Positions 37,471 to 46,565 of a stretch of 64,000 bases of DNA are shown piece after piece (position 1 is the first letter of the stretch; each line of letters begins with the position of its first letter). Origin of the DNA: a bacterium BMS3Abin15. Lineage in GTDB: Bacteria; Patescibacteriota; Minisyncoccia; Moranbacterales; 2-12-FULL-40-10. The stretch spans positions 9,081-73,080 of the forward strand of contig BDTH01000074.1 in assembly GCA_002923195.1 (NCBI GenBank). Direction: 5' to 3'. Below the pieces are notes generated by a model. The model did no database searches and was not told the origin of the DNA. It worked only from the letters and a program-made list of their open reading frames with translations. The translations under genes and the position numbers were made by a program.

Positions 37471-38949
37471 TTACGGATTGGAAATTAATCTTTTGGATAA
37501 AAGTATTGGAATATAACACGGAACAATTATATCTCTACCATCTTCCGCTTTCATTTCTTTGATCAAATCATTTTTTCTCATAATTTTTCCTGTAATTTCT
37601 TTCGCTTCATTTTCTACGATTAAATTCTGGAAATCTTTATCTTTTTTATTGATAGTAATCACATAGGGTATCCATTTTAAGTCCCCTGCTTTCTTTTTGA
37701 CATTATAATTAATTTTTCTATCATCTAAGTCAACCCTAAAATCTAATGAATTAAGTTCTTTTTCAAGTTTTTTAGCATTCTCCAAAGAATCATCATCACG
37801 AGTAATTATTCTGGCTTGTATCGGAGCAACCCAAAAAGGAAACGATCTAAAGCCGGTCCTTGTTTCTTTCTTAATTGCTCTGTCAATAAAAAAGTAGGCA
37901 GAACGTTCAATCGATGAGAATGGAAAAACGACATGCAATATGGAAACGGGTTTTTTAATACCACCCTTCGTTTTAAATTTCAAATCAAGTGAAAATTCCG
38001 AAGAACCATCATCCACAAGACATGTGGCGATTTCTACTGGCGATTTTAAGCTATCAAATACTTTATACTCAATATCAATTTTTACTCCATCTTTGCAACG
38101 GACATCTTCATAAACTGCCAACAAGATTGGCTTGTTTATAGATTTGACTATTGTTTTTAAAAAATCAAAATTTTCTTTTAAGAAATCCTGTGTCATACTG
38201 CATAATAATTCATATTCTGGATCAAATTTCTCTATTTCATTTAATATTTTTGTATGTGCAGCTAATGCTATTTTTATTGACGACATTATATCTGCATTGA
38301 TAACATCGAGTTCTGGTATGCTAAAGCTTCTAACTCTTTTACATAATTGTAGCTCTTTTTCTTCTTCAAACCTGTAGCTCTTGGATATTTCGAAAAAACC
38401 AATTGGAAGACCTTTGTCATGAAGATTAATCCCTTTTGCTATTGAAAGTTTTTGCATACAAGCGTTATATCTTAATATTCGATTCTTTTTATTGATAACG
38501 ACATCGTATTGATTTAATCCATATAGCCCGGGATTTTTAGAAATTATCGCGATTTGCTTTTTTACTTCTGGAACATTGACATCAAGTAACTCTCCTCCAC
38601 CAACTTTATATAGTGGAATATCTTGATCATCGCTAAATTCTTTAACAACTAGCCAACTATACTTTTCTATTGCCTCCATGACAGTTGTAGCGTGTTGTAT
38701 TTGTCTCATATGTCCAGGCTCCGATAATGGATCCCATTCAAAACCCATTTCATTAATCATTTTATTAAGTTTGGTTTCTCGATCCTTAAATTTATGATTT
38801 TTTAAAAAACACTCGCTATCCACAAGTGATTTTAAACAAACTTCGGTTTTATCAAATTTATAATCATCCACAGGTGTAACTGTGGAGGACGAATCCAGTA
38901 TATAATATTTTTTATCAGAATGACTTTTTTTAGACTTTCTTATAGACAT
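37471..38949 (-). CDS. Class II aaRS-like protein, ThrRS-family paralog with degenerate active site (second zinc His missing); retains anticodon-binding domain
   Basis: YNACMQ (Cys ligand), motif-2-like SKSYRFEEE...RVRSFSIPELDV (no His), anticodon-binding FPFWVAPIQARIIT...DFRVDLDDRKINYNVKKK...IPYVITIN. Confidence 0.65.
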   Translation of the reverse strand: MSIRKSKKSHSDKKYYILDSSSTVTPVDDYKFDKTEVCLKSLVDSECFLKNHKFKDRETKLNKMINEMGFEWDPLSEPGHMRQIQHATTVMEAIEKYSWLVVKEFSDDQDIPLYKVGGGELLDVNVPEVKKQIAIISKNPGLYGLNQYDVVINKKNRILRYNACMQKLSIAKGINLHDKGLPIGFFEISKSYRFEEEKELQLCKRVRSFSIPELDVINADIMSSIKIALAAHTKILNEIEKFDPEYELLCSMTQDFLKENFDFLKTIVKSINKPILLAVYEDVRCKDGVKIDIEYKVFDSLKSPVEIATCLVDDGSSEFSLDLKFKTKGGIKKPVSILHVVFPFSSIERSAYFFIDRAIKKETRTGFRSFPFWVAPIQARIITRDDDSLENAKKLEKELNSLDFRVDLDDRKINYNVKKKAGDLKWIPYVITINKKDKDFQNLIVENEAKEITGKIMRKNDLIKEMKAEDGRDIIVPCYIPILLSKRLISNP

Positions 38950-38995
38950 AATATCTCTTTGAAAGTAATTTGTAGTTTGATTAGCAAGTTTATTT

Positions 38996-39046
38996 TTTAA
39001 AAAAAGGGACAGGAAACAATACTGTGTTCCCGTCCCTTTTTCTTTT
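38996..39046 (-). terminator. Rho-independent terminator between the two ThrRS-like genes
   Basis: gggacaggaaaca-atac-tgtgttcccgtccc stem with flanking A/T runs. Confidence 0.55.
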
Positions 39047-40450
39047 CTAACGAAAACGAGGCTGCTTTGAAAGAAGGCTGGGCCAACTTAGTGGCTCAAA
39101 AGGTTTGTCTCCCTGAAGTTGATCGAGGTTTTGGGAAAACTCGGATTCCTTCATTTCCTTTTGTCCAGAAATTCCTCGTTCTCTCACAGCGATGGCCTGA
39201 TTCTCGAGTTCCTTATCCCCAACCATACCAACAAATGGCACCCAATTGACTTCTGCCTCCCGTATTTTGTACCCAACAGTCTCCTTGCGATCATCGATTT
39301 CCACCCTTGCCCCTATCTTTGAGGCAATTTCCTGACAACGCAAAATATGTCTGTCGGCTACAGGTATCAAGCGAACCTGAGTAGGACATAGCCAGTATGG
39401 AAACTTGGCAACTTCTCCTTTTTGTATTCTCCTTGCCTGTAGCTCCAAAAGAGCATACAGATTGCGATCTATAGACCCGGAGATTGATGCATGGAGAAGT
39501 AGGGGGCGTTGCTGTTTGCCATCCTTGTCAACATAGTTAATATCGAACCTCTCTGCATTCTCAACATCGATTTGCACAGTGGAAAGAGCGGCCGCTTTCT
39601 TTTGCCCATCAATCACGTTAAATTCAAACTTAAGGACAAAATAAAAGAACCTTTCTTTCCATACCTCGAGCAATACTGGACGCCCGAAATCCTTAACGAT
39701 TTCCATAACAAAGTCGCGGTTTTTTTGAAAGAAATCATCAACAACTCTTATTGCCATAACATGGTTGAGTTCGAGATCGCTCATCCATCTCTTACAAAGA
39801 AGATATTGCTGATAAAATTCTTCCTTGGCTTGCTCCACATCAACACAAAGAGAATGCATATCGGGCATCGTAAATACCCTCAGACGCCTCAATCCAGCCA
39901 ATTCCCCCGCCTGCTCCCTGCGAAATGAATAATGGGTCAGTTCGTAAATCTTCACTGGTAAATGATGATAGCTAATCCCCATATCATGCATGATCAGATA
40001 CTGTCCAAAGCAAGCAGCAAAACGAAGAAAATACTTCTTATCTCCACTTAGCAAATAGTATTGCCTTGCCGGAAAGCGTTTCAGATAGCTTGCCAGTTGT
40101 GGATGTTTAAGATCATACATAACTGGACTTTCAACCTGTATGCCACCATAGTCCTTTACAATTTCAGAAGCATGTCTTTCCATAAGGCGCTTGATTAAGT
40201 GTCCCTTTGGCAACCAACGAAAATTGCCAGAATCAGCAGCTGGTTCATAATCAACCAACTCCATTTGTTGCATCATCTTCACATGAGCAGGCGCTTCCTT
40301 CACCTCCCTCGAGCCAGAGCTTTCGTACGAATAAAAAACCTTCAAATCTTCACTCCCTGCCCATTTGAATTTCTCTACCTTAATAATTGATCCATCGGGT
40401 GAAACAATCAACCACTCCGATTTTGGCTCTTCTTCTTGTTTTGCACCCAT
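39047..40450 (-). CDS. Threonyl-tRNA synthetase-like catalytic core + anticodon-binding domain, lacking TGS/editing N-domains (ORF extends to 40588; RBS AAGGAGG supports start 40450)
   Basis: All three ThrRS zinc ligands are aligned: AACFGQ, MPDMHSL, LLLHASISGS. Motif 2 is FRREQAGELAGLRRLRVF. Anticodon-binding region is KFPYWLCPTQVRLIPV...GARVEIDDRKETVGYKIREAEVNWVPF. Confidence 0.75.
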   Translation of the reverse strand: MGAKQEEEPKSEWLIVSPDGSIIKVEKFKWAGSEDLKVFYSYESSGSREVKEAPAHVKMMQQMELVDYEPAADSGNFRWLPKGHLIKRLMERHASEIVKDYGGIQVESPVMYDLKHPQLASYLKRFPARQYYLLSGDKKYFLRFAACFGQYLIMHDMGISYHHLPVKIYELTHYSFRREQAGELAGLRRLRVFTMPDMHSLCVDVEQAKEEFYQQYLLCKRWMSDLELNHVMAIRVVDDFFQKNRDFVMEIVKDFGRPVLLEVWKERFFYFVLKFEFNVIDGQKKAAALSTVQIDVENAERFDINYVDKDGKQQRPLLLHASISGSIDRNLYALLELQARRIQKGEVAKFPYWLCPTQVRLIPVADRHILRCQEIASKIGARVEIDDRKETVGYKIREAEVNWVPFVGMVGDKELENQAIAVRERGISGQKEMKESEFSQNLDQLQGDKPFEPLSWPSLLSKQPRFR

Positions 40451-40608
40451 CGCCCTTCCTCCTTTATTCGTTTTTAATGTGCTCTTCAAAGAATTATTCT
40501 TTGAAACATTATATTGTATATCAGAAACTTGTTTATTGTCAATTCTTTTATTTTTTTTCATATGCTTCCTTGAATAATTATTTAACACTTATTTTTATAC
40601 TTGTATAT

Positions 40609-41346
40609 TTATCTGAGGCTGTAACCGCCATCAACAACAAGTAATTCGCCGGTTATAAAACTTGCATCACTGGATGCCAAAAATAAGACGGCTTTTGCAA
40701 TTTCGTCAGGTTCAGCAGATCGCTTGAGTGGAGTTTGCTGTTCGAAGAATTTTATAACCCTCTTTCCAGCTTCTTTTGTCATGTCAGTCATTACATTGCC
40801 CGGAGCGACAGCGTTTATGCGAATATTAGGAGCCAACTCTTTTGCAAATGCCTTTGTCATTGTAATTATTCCTCCTTTTGCTGATGAATATGCCAATACG
40901 GATGCAGCGCCAAGAAAACCATATATGGATGAAATATTGACAATGGATCCACTTCCATTTCTTGTCATAATTGGCGAAACTTCTCTTATCATCAACCATG
41001 CACTGGTTAGATTAATATCCATAGTTGCATGCCAAATTTTTTCGCTTGATTTCCAATTGCCTTCTCTAAAAATAACCCCGGCATTATTCACAAGTATGTC
41101 AATCTTGCCAAATTTTTTTATTGTTTCAGACACAAGGTGCTTTACATCTTCTTCCTTAGAAACATCTGCCTGAATAAAAATAGCTTTGTTTTTTCCAATA
41201 GCATTTACAACTTTTTTTGCATCTTCTGTTTGATCTTTGCAATTAATAACAACCCTTGCACCCTCTTTAGCAAAAAGAATGGCCGTTGCTTTTCCTATGC
41301 CTCGTGATGATCCTGTAATAATTGCAACTTTATTTTTTAGTTTCAT
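40609..41346 (-). CDS. Short-chain dehydrogenase/reductase (FabG-like)
   Basis: TGSSRGIG, NAG, S-YxxxK (YSSAKGG) motifs. Confidence 0.85.
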   Translation of the reverse strand: MKLKNKVAIITGSSRGIGKATAILFAKEGARVVINCKDQTEDAKKVVNAIGKNKAIFIQADVSKEEDVKHLVSETIKKFGKIDILVNNAGVIFREGNWKSSEKIWHATMDINLTSAWLMIREVSPIMTRNGSGSIVNISSIYGFLGAASVLAYSSAKGGIITMTKAFAKELAPNIRINAVAPGNVMTDMTKEAGKRVIKFFEQQTPLKRSAEPDEIAKAVLFLASSDASFITGELLVVDGGYSLR

Positions 41347-41361
41347 AAATATAGGACTTTT

Positions 41362-41604
41362 TTATTTGATCAAATCATTAACGCTAACGCCCAATCCCTT
41401 GGCTATTTTTGAGTAGGCAAGAGTGGAAACAAATAAGAGGGGGATTGCTAAAACCAGTTGGAATATAGCAATACGACTGAGTTCGTCAGGGCCGTTGTTC
41501 CAGATAAAAGCGAAAATAAAAATCAAAACGCCCATCATTATAGAGCTGATGTGCACTTTGGAAATTGCTTTCTCCGGGCTGGTTTTAAAAATGTTTTTAG
41601 GCAT
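41362..41604 (-). pseudogene. Truncated duplicate (first ~65 aa) of membrane-protein gene 34112..34588 with a 15-aa unrelated tail
   Basis: MPKNIFKTSPEKAISKVHISSIMMGVLIFIFAFIWNNGP... is identical or near-identical to the other copy, then diverges. Confidence 0.5.
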
Positions 41605-41739
41605 ACCCTGTAGTAGAAATTCAAATGGGCTTTGCCCAAAATGAACTAATTATTTACTTAAAATTTATTTTTAATTAAAAACCCTGCCCCATGTACTCCC
41701 TTAATACTCCGTAACTTTTGAATTTTCACTACGGGGCAT
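41605..41739. mobile_element. MITE-like insertion, 135 bp, with ~20-bp terminal inverted repeats (ccctgtagtagaaattcaaa / tttgaattttcactacgggg)
   Basis: Present in the right repeat copy, absent from the left. Inserted exactly at the start codon; CAT is duplicated at both ends. Confidence 0.55.
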
Positions 41740-41762
41740 ATTACTTTTTTAAATTCTACCAT

Positions 41763-41790
41763 AAAACAAAAATAACCCTAAATGGGTTAT
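41763..41790 (-). terminator. Rho-independent terminator after tRNA-Pro (ataaccc-attta-gggttat + U-run)
   Basis: Same structure is present in the left repeat copy (34611..34640). Confidence 0.6.
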
Positions 41791-41797
41791 TTTTTTG

Positions 41798-41868
41798 TCG
41801 GGGCACTGAGAATCGAACTCAGCCTACATGGTCCCAAACCAAGCGTACTACCAATATACGATGCCCCG
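41798..41868 (-). tRNA. tRNA-Pro (anticodon UGG)
   Basis: C1-G72 pair and A73 typical of bacterial tRNA-Pro; anticodon loop TTTGGGA with G37; T arm CTGAG-TTCGATT-CTCAG. Confidence 0.85.
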
Positions 41869-42108
41869 CCTACGCTATGCTTCGGCGGGCAAGCCCGTTT
41901 CCACATAACAAATATGCTTATAAATAATATCCTCAAATAAAACTTTAGTCAATTAGCAGAATGACAAAACCCTGCCCCAGAAAGCAGGATTTTCTAGACA
42001 CCCGATGTTCTGACGACCATAGCTACCAAAAGACATCGGATGTCGTTAAGTGCGTAAGCTCTAATTAGTTTGCGGCATTCGTATGAAATTCGCATTGTTC
42101 GCATCGCC

Positions 42109-42390
42109 TTATCTAACAGCTTCCTTAAGAGTTTTTCCGGCAGTAAATTTAGGAACAGACATTTCCGGAATTTGAATGCTTTCTTTGGTCTGGGGATTAA
42201 TTCCTTTACGAGCAGCCCTTTTAGAAACTCTAAAAGTTCCAAATCCTGTTATAGTCACCTTATTTCCGTTGCGAACTTCTTCTGTAATCCTGTCGGTTAA
42301 AGAATCTATAACAGCTTCAATGTCCTTTTTAGACAATTCCATTCCGGACGAAATTGAATCGACTAAAGCATCTTTGTTGATATTGGCCAT
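42109..42390 (-). CDS. hup: DNA-binding protein HU
   Basis: MANINKDALVDSIS...GFGTFRVSKRAARKGINPQT. Confidence 0.9.
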   Translation of the reverse strand: MANINKDALVDSISSGMELSKKDIEAVIDSLTDRITEEVRNGNKVTITGFGTFRVSKRAARKGINPQTKESIQIPEMSVPKFTAGKTLKEAVR

Positions 42391-42433
42391 AAAACACCTG
42401 CCTTCCTAGATTAGTTTTATTTTTTTATATTAT

Positions 42434-43981
42434 TTACCGGGCAAATTCAATAGCTCTTGTTTCTCTTAATACATTCACTTTTATCTCTCCCGGATATTTT
42501 AATTCCTGTTCAATTTTATCTGCAATTTGGCGTGATAATTTCATTGCCCCCAAATCATCTAGCTTTTCTGGTTTTACGAAAACCCTGATTTCTCTTCCAG
42601 CTTGAATAGCATAGGATTTTTCCACTTCTTCAAAAGAATTGGCTACTGCTTCCAGCTCTTCCAATCGCTTGAGGTAATTTTCTAGTGTATCTTTTCTGGC
42701 GCCTGGCCGACTGGCAGAAATTGCGTCGGCTGCCGCTATTATAAAAGATTCCTGGGTATCAAACGGGTATTCTTCATGATGAGGCTTGAGCGCATTGATA
42801 ACTTTCTCATCAATATTAAATTTATCCAAAATTTTTACTCCAATATCCACATGACTTCCTTGAATTTCATGATCAACTGCTTTTCCAATATCATGAAATA
42901 ATCCAGCTTCTTTAGCTACCTTAACATCCGCTCCCAATTCCGCAGCCAACGCTCCGGACAGATGAGCAACTTCTAAAGAATGGATGAGGACATTTTGTCC
43001 ATAACTGGTTCGGTATCTCAACCGTCCTAGAATATGAACTAATTTAGGTTCAATCCCCGCCACTCCTACATCGTAAGCCGCTGCTTCTCCGGCCTCTTTA
43101 ATTTTATTGTCAACTTCATTCTTGGCAAATTCCACTGATTCTTCAATTCGGGTAGGATGAATCCTTCCATCTCCTATTAATTTCTCCAATGCAATCTTAG
43201 CTATTTCCCTCCTTACCGGATCGAAGCCAGAAATAACCACTGCCTCAGGAGTATCATCAACAATAATTTCCACTCCGGTCAATTTTTCTAAAACTTTAAT
43301 GTTTCTTCCTTCCCGTCCGATAATTCTTCCTTTGACCTCGTCAGAAGGAAGAGTAAGCGTAGAGGTGGTAATCTCAGCCGCATGAGATCCAGCATATTTT
43401 TGAATAACTTGAGTCATTATATTACGAGCCTTTTTTTCTAATTCTTCTGATCCTTCTTTCTCTAGCTTAGCGATTCTATTAGCTATAAGATCCCTGTTTT
43501 CTTCTTCGGTCAACTGAAGAAGAACTTTTTTGGCCTGTTCTTTTGAAAATCCGGCGATTTTTTCTAGACGTCCGAGTTCCTTTTTTCTAGCTTCTTCTGT
43601 TTCCTGGCGGATAGTTTTGACTTCTTGAGCTTTCTGTTCCAGGATATTCTTTCCTCTTTCCAATTCATCCATCTTTTTATCTAGGGATTCCTCTTTTTTT
43701 TCTAAGCGCTGTCCTGCTTTAAAAATGTGATCTTCTCTTTCCTTTTCCTTGTTTTTAGCTTCTTCCAAAATTTCCACCGCCTTGTTTTTGGCATCAAGAG
43801 TAATCTCCTGAGATTTTTTCTCAGATTCTTCAATCATTTTATTTATTTTTCCCTCAGCTGTAGAAAGTTGTTTTTTAGCAATGCTCTGCCGGGCAAGATA
43901 TCCCAGTACTGATCCTATCGCTAAAGTTAGAAAAGATACTGCTAAAAGTGTTGCATTTATTTCCATATTTTTTACTGTCAT
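42434..43981 (-). CDS. rny: Ribonuclease Y (TM + coiled coil + KH + HD)
   Basis: KH GRIIGREGRNI; HD LFHDIGKAVDHE. Confidence 0.85.
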   Translation of the reverse strand: MTVKNMEINATLLAVSFLTLAIGSVLGYLARQSIAKKQLSTAEGKINKMIEESEKKSQEITLDAKNKAVEILEEAKNKEKEREDHIFKAGQRLEKKEESLDKKMDELERGKNILEQKAQEVKTIRQETEEARKKELGRLEKIAGFSKEQAKKVLLQLTEEENRDLIANRIAKLEKEGSEELEKKARNIMTQVIQKYAGSHAAEITTSTLTLPSDEVKGRIIGREGRNIKVLEKLTGVEIIVDDTPEAVVISGFDPVRREIAKIALEKLIGDGRIHPTRIEESVEFAKNEVDNKIKEAGEAAAYDVGVAGIEPKLVHILGRLRYRTSYGQNVLIHSLEVAHLSGALAAELGADVKVAKEAGLFHDIGKAVDHEIQGSHVDIGVKILDKFNIDEKVINALKPHHEEYPFDTQESFIIAAADAISASRPGARKDTLENYLKRLEELEAVANSFEEVEKSYAIQAGREIRVFVKPEKLDDLGAMKLSRQIADKIEQELKYPGEIKVNVLRETRAIEFAR

Positions 43982-44352
43982 TCAATCGGCAAATTATAGC
44001 TTCATTTTTCGAAACGCAAAAAACGGCCATATTTATTCGGCTCGCGTTGAGCTTGATTTTCATGCTATTTTCCATGTCTTTATTCCAAAAATGATGCTGC
44101 AGGCACTATACGTCGCTAATGTTCTGCAGAGAGCACTGCTATTCTAAAATGTGCTCTGATTTACCAGATTGAAGATAAAATGAATATTTATTATTACAGG
44201 TGTAATAATATAACATCAATACTTTTTTGTCAAAGGATGATAAAAATGATAGAATTAGGCAGCGATACGAACAATACAAACTTCCATACGAATGATACGA
44301 ATACAAATCTATTCGCGGCATTCGTATGTAATTCGTAAATTAGTATCGCTTT

Positions 44353-45921
44353 ATGTATAAGCCAGTTGTATTGGTTATATTAGATGGCTGGGGAATAAGC
44401 AAGAACAGCCAGGGCAATATTATCAAAAGGGCCAAGCTCCCAACTATTGATAAATTCAATAAATTCTACCCGATGACCACCCTTCAGGCATCCGGAATAT
44501 CTGTCGGCATTCCTTGGGGGGAAAACGGAAACAGCGAAGTGGGGCACACGGTCATAGGAGCAGGAAGAATAATTTATCAGAATCTTCCCCGCATTACTCT
44601 GTCTATTCAAGATGGCACTTTTTTTAATAACGAAGCTTTACTTTCCGCAGTTGAAAACGTCAAGAAAAACAATAGCAATCTTCATCTTATGGGACTTCTC
44701 AGTGAAGGATCTGTCCATTCTTACACAGCTCATTTACATGCTCTCCTGGAGCTTGCCAAGAAACATGGAATAGAAAATGTTTTTATCCACGTATTTACTG
44801 ATGGCAGAGACTCTTCCCCTGTGGGCGGCACAAAGGCCATCAAGGATCTTCAAAAAAAATTAAAAGAGTTTCAAGTGGGAAAGATTGCTACTCTTTGTGG
44901 AAGAAACTGGGCTATGGACAGAAAGAATGATTGGAAAAACATTGAAAAAGCTTATAGATTATTGACTGAAGGCGTAGGAGAAAAAATCCAGGATCCTATT
45001 AAGTATCTTCAAGAATCTTATTCTCATGAAATTACTGATGAACATATCGAACCGGCTATTATTATGGAAAATGATAATCCCATTGGCATAATTAAAAATA
45101 ATGATTCTGTTATATTCTTCAACTTTCGTGAGGATCGAGCCAGAGAATTAACTAAGGCGTTTGTACTTCCTGGATTTGGAAAATTTAAAAGGGAAAAACG
45201 GCTTAAATTGGAATTCGTGACTATGACAGAGTATGAAAAGGACCTTCCGGTTCCTGTTGCCTTTCCTCCTTTGGAAATAAACAATGGCTTGGGGGAAATA
45301 TTAAGTAACAATAAAAAAAAGCAGTTCAGAATTGCGGAAACAGAAAAGCATGCTCATGTCACTTACTTTTTTAATGGGGGAAGGGAAAAGCCATGGGATG
45401 GAGAAGATCGTGTCTTGGTTCCCTCCCCGGCTGTTTCTAAATATGATCAAACTCCGGAGATGAGCGCAGACAAGGTTACCGACCAGTCAATTGATGCAAT
45501 ACGCTCGGGTAAATACGATTTTATTTTAATAAATTATGCCAATGCTGACATGGTGGGACATACTGGAAATGAAAAAGCCTGCATAGAAGCTGTCGAAATA
45601 ATAGATGCTAGTTTAGCTGCCCTGATTCCGGAAATATTGAAAGCTAAAGGCTGCCTAATTGTTACCTCTGACCACGGAAATGTAGAAGAAATAAAAAACC
45701 CCTACACTGGGGAAATTGATACCGAACATTCTTCTAATCCGGTTCCTCTTTGGTTTATAACAGCTGACAACCATCGCAATAAAACTTCAGAAGAAATGAT
45801 TAGGAGCCAGAATGAAGTAGGGGGATTATTAAGTGATATTGCACCAACCATTCTTGATATAATGGCTATCGAACCCCCCCAGGATATGAACGGGAGTAGC
45901 CTGATGCCAATGCTGGAATAG
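44353..45921 (+). CDS. gpmI: 2,3-bisphosphoglycerate-independent phosphoglycerate mutase
   Basis: VVLVILDGWG, NSEVGHT, FTDGRDS motifs. Confidence 0.9.
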   Translation: MYKPVVLVILDGWGISKNSQGNIIKRAKLPTIDKFNKFYPMTTLQASGISVGIPWGENGNSEVGHTVIGAGRIIYQNLPRITLSIQDGTFFNNEALLSAVENVKKNNSNLHLMGLLSEGSVHSYTAHLHALLELAKKHGIENVFIHVFTDGRDSSPVGGTKAIKDLQKKLKEFQVGKIATLCGRNWAMDRKNDWKNIEKAYRLLTEGVGEKIQDPIKYLQESYSHEITDEHIEPAIIMENDNPIGIIKNNDSVIFFNFREDRARELTKAFVLPGFGKFKREKRLKLEFVTMTEYEKDLPVPVAFPPLEINNGLGEILSNNKKKQFRIAETEKHAHVTYFFNGGREKPWDGEDRVLVPSPAVSKYDQTPEMSADKVTDQSIDAIRSGKYDFILINYANADMVGHTGNEKACIEAVEIIDASLAALIPEILKAKGCLIVTSDHGNVEEIKNPYTGEIDTEHSSNPVPLWFITADNHRNKTSEEMIRSQNEVGGLLSDIAPTILDIMAIEPPQDMNGSSLMPMLE

Positions 45922-45950
45922 GACATATAAATTTTTACAAAAAATACTTC

Positions 45951-46547
45951 CTACTTAATAATCTTATCTACTATACTATAATTTTTGGCCTCCTCAGCAC
46001 TCATAAAATAATCTCTTTCTGTATCCTTTTCTACTTTACCTAATTTTTGGCCCGAATGCTTGGCCATTATTTTATTTAATCTTTCTTTAACTTTAATGAT
46101 ATGTTTTGCATGAATATCAATATCTGTTGCCTGACCCTGAGCGCTGCCCATAACTTGATGGATCATTACTTCTCCATTAGGAAGGATGAGTCTTTTCCCC
46201 TTTTTCCCCGCTGCCAAAAGCAGCGCTGCGCCGGAAGCCGCTAATCCTACACAAATAGTCTGAACATCCGGCTTAACATATTGCATAGTATCGTAAATTG
46301 CTAACGCTGACGTCACCACTCCACCGGGAGAATTGATATAAATTTTGATATCTTCTTTGAGATTCTGTGATTCCAGAAAGAGAAGCTGGGCAATAACCGA
46401 ATTGGCAATGTTATCGTCAATAGGACCGCCAATAAAAATTATGCGATCTTTTAAAAGACGGGAATAAATGTCGTATGCCCTTTCACCATAACTAGTTTTC
46501 TCAATTACGGTGGGAATTAAAAATTGGCTGGTAGTTTTACTATTCAT
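45951..46547 (-). CDS. clpP: ATP-dependent Clp protease proteolytic subunit
   Basis: [24 protein letters not shown], catalytic Ser/His/Asp spacing. Confidence 0.9.
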   Translation of the reverse strand: MNSKTTSQFLIPTVIEKTSYGERAYDIYSRLLKDRIIFIGGPIDDNIANSVIAQLLFLESQNLKEDIKIYINSPGGVVTSALAIYDTMQYVKPDVQTICVGLAASGAALLLAAGKKGKRLILPNGEVMIHQVMGSAQGQATDIDIHAKHIIKVKERLNKIMAKHSGQKLGKVEKDTERDYFMSAEEAKNYSIVDKIIK

Positions 46548-46565
46548 AATATTAGAATTTGAAAC

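Larger units (their letters stand above)
41420..41797. repeat. Direct repeat, right copy (interrupted by the 135-bp MITE at 41605..41739)
   Basis: Matches 34410..34647. Confidence 0.7.

Noticed and set aside
41994-42242. 82-aa minus-strand ORF
   Set aside because: Overlaps hup out of frame and the intergenic hairpin region; basic low-complexity translation; spurious.
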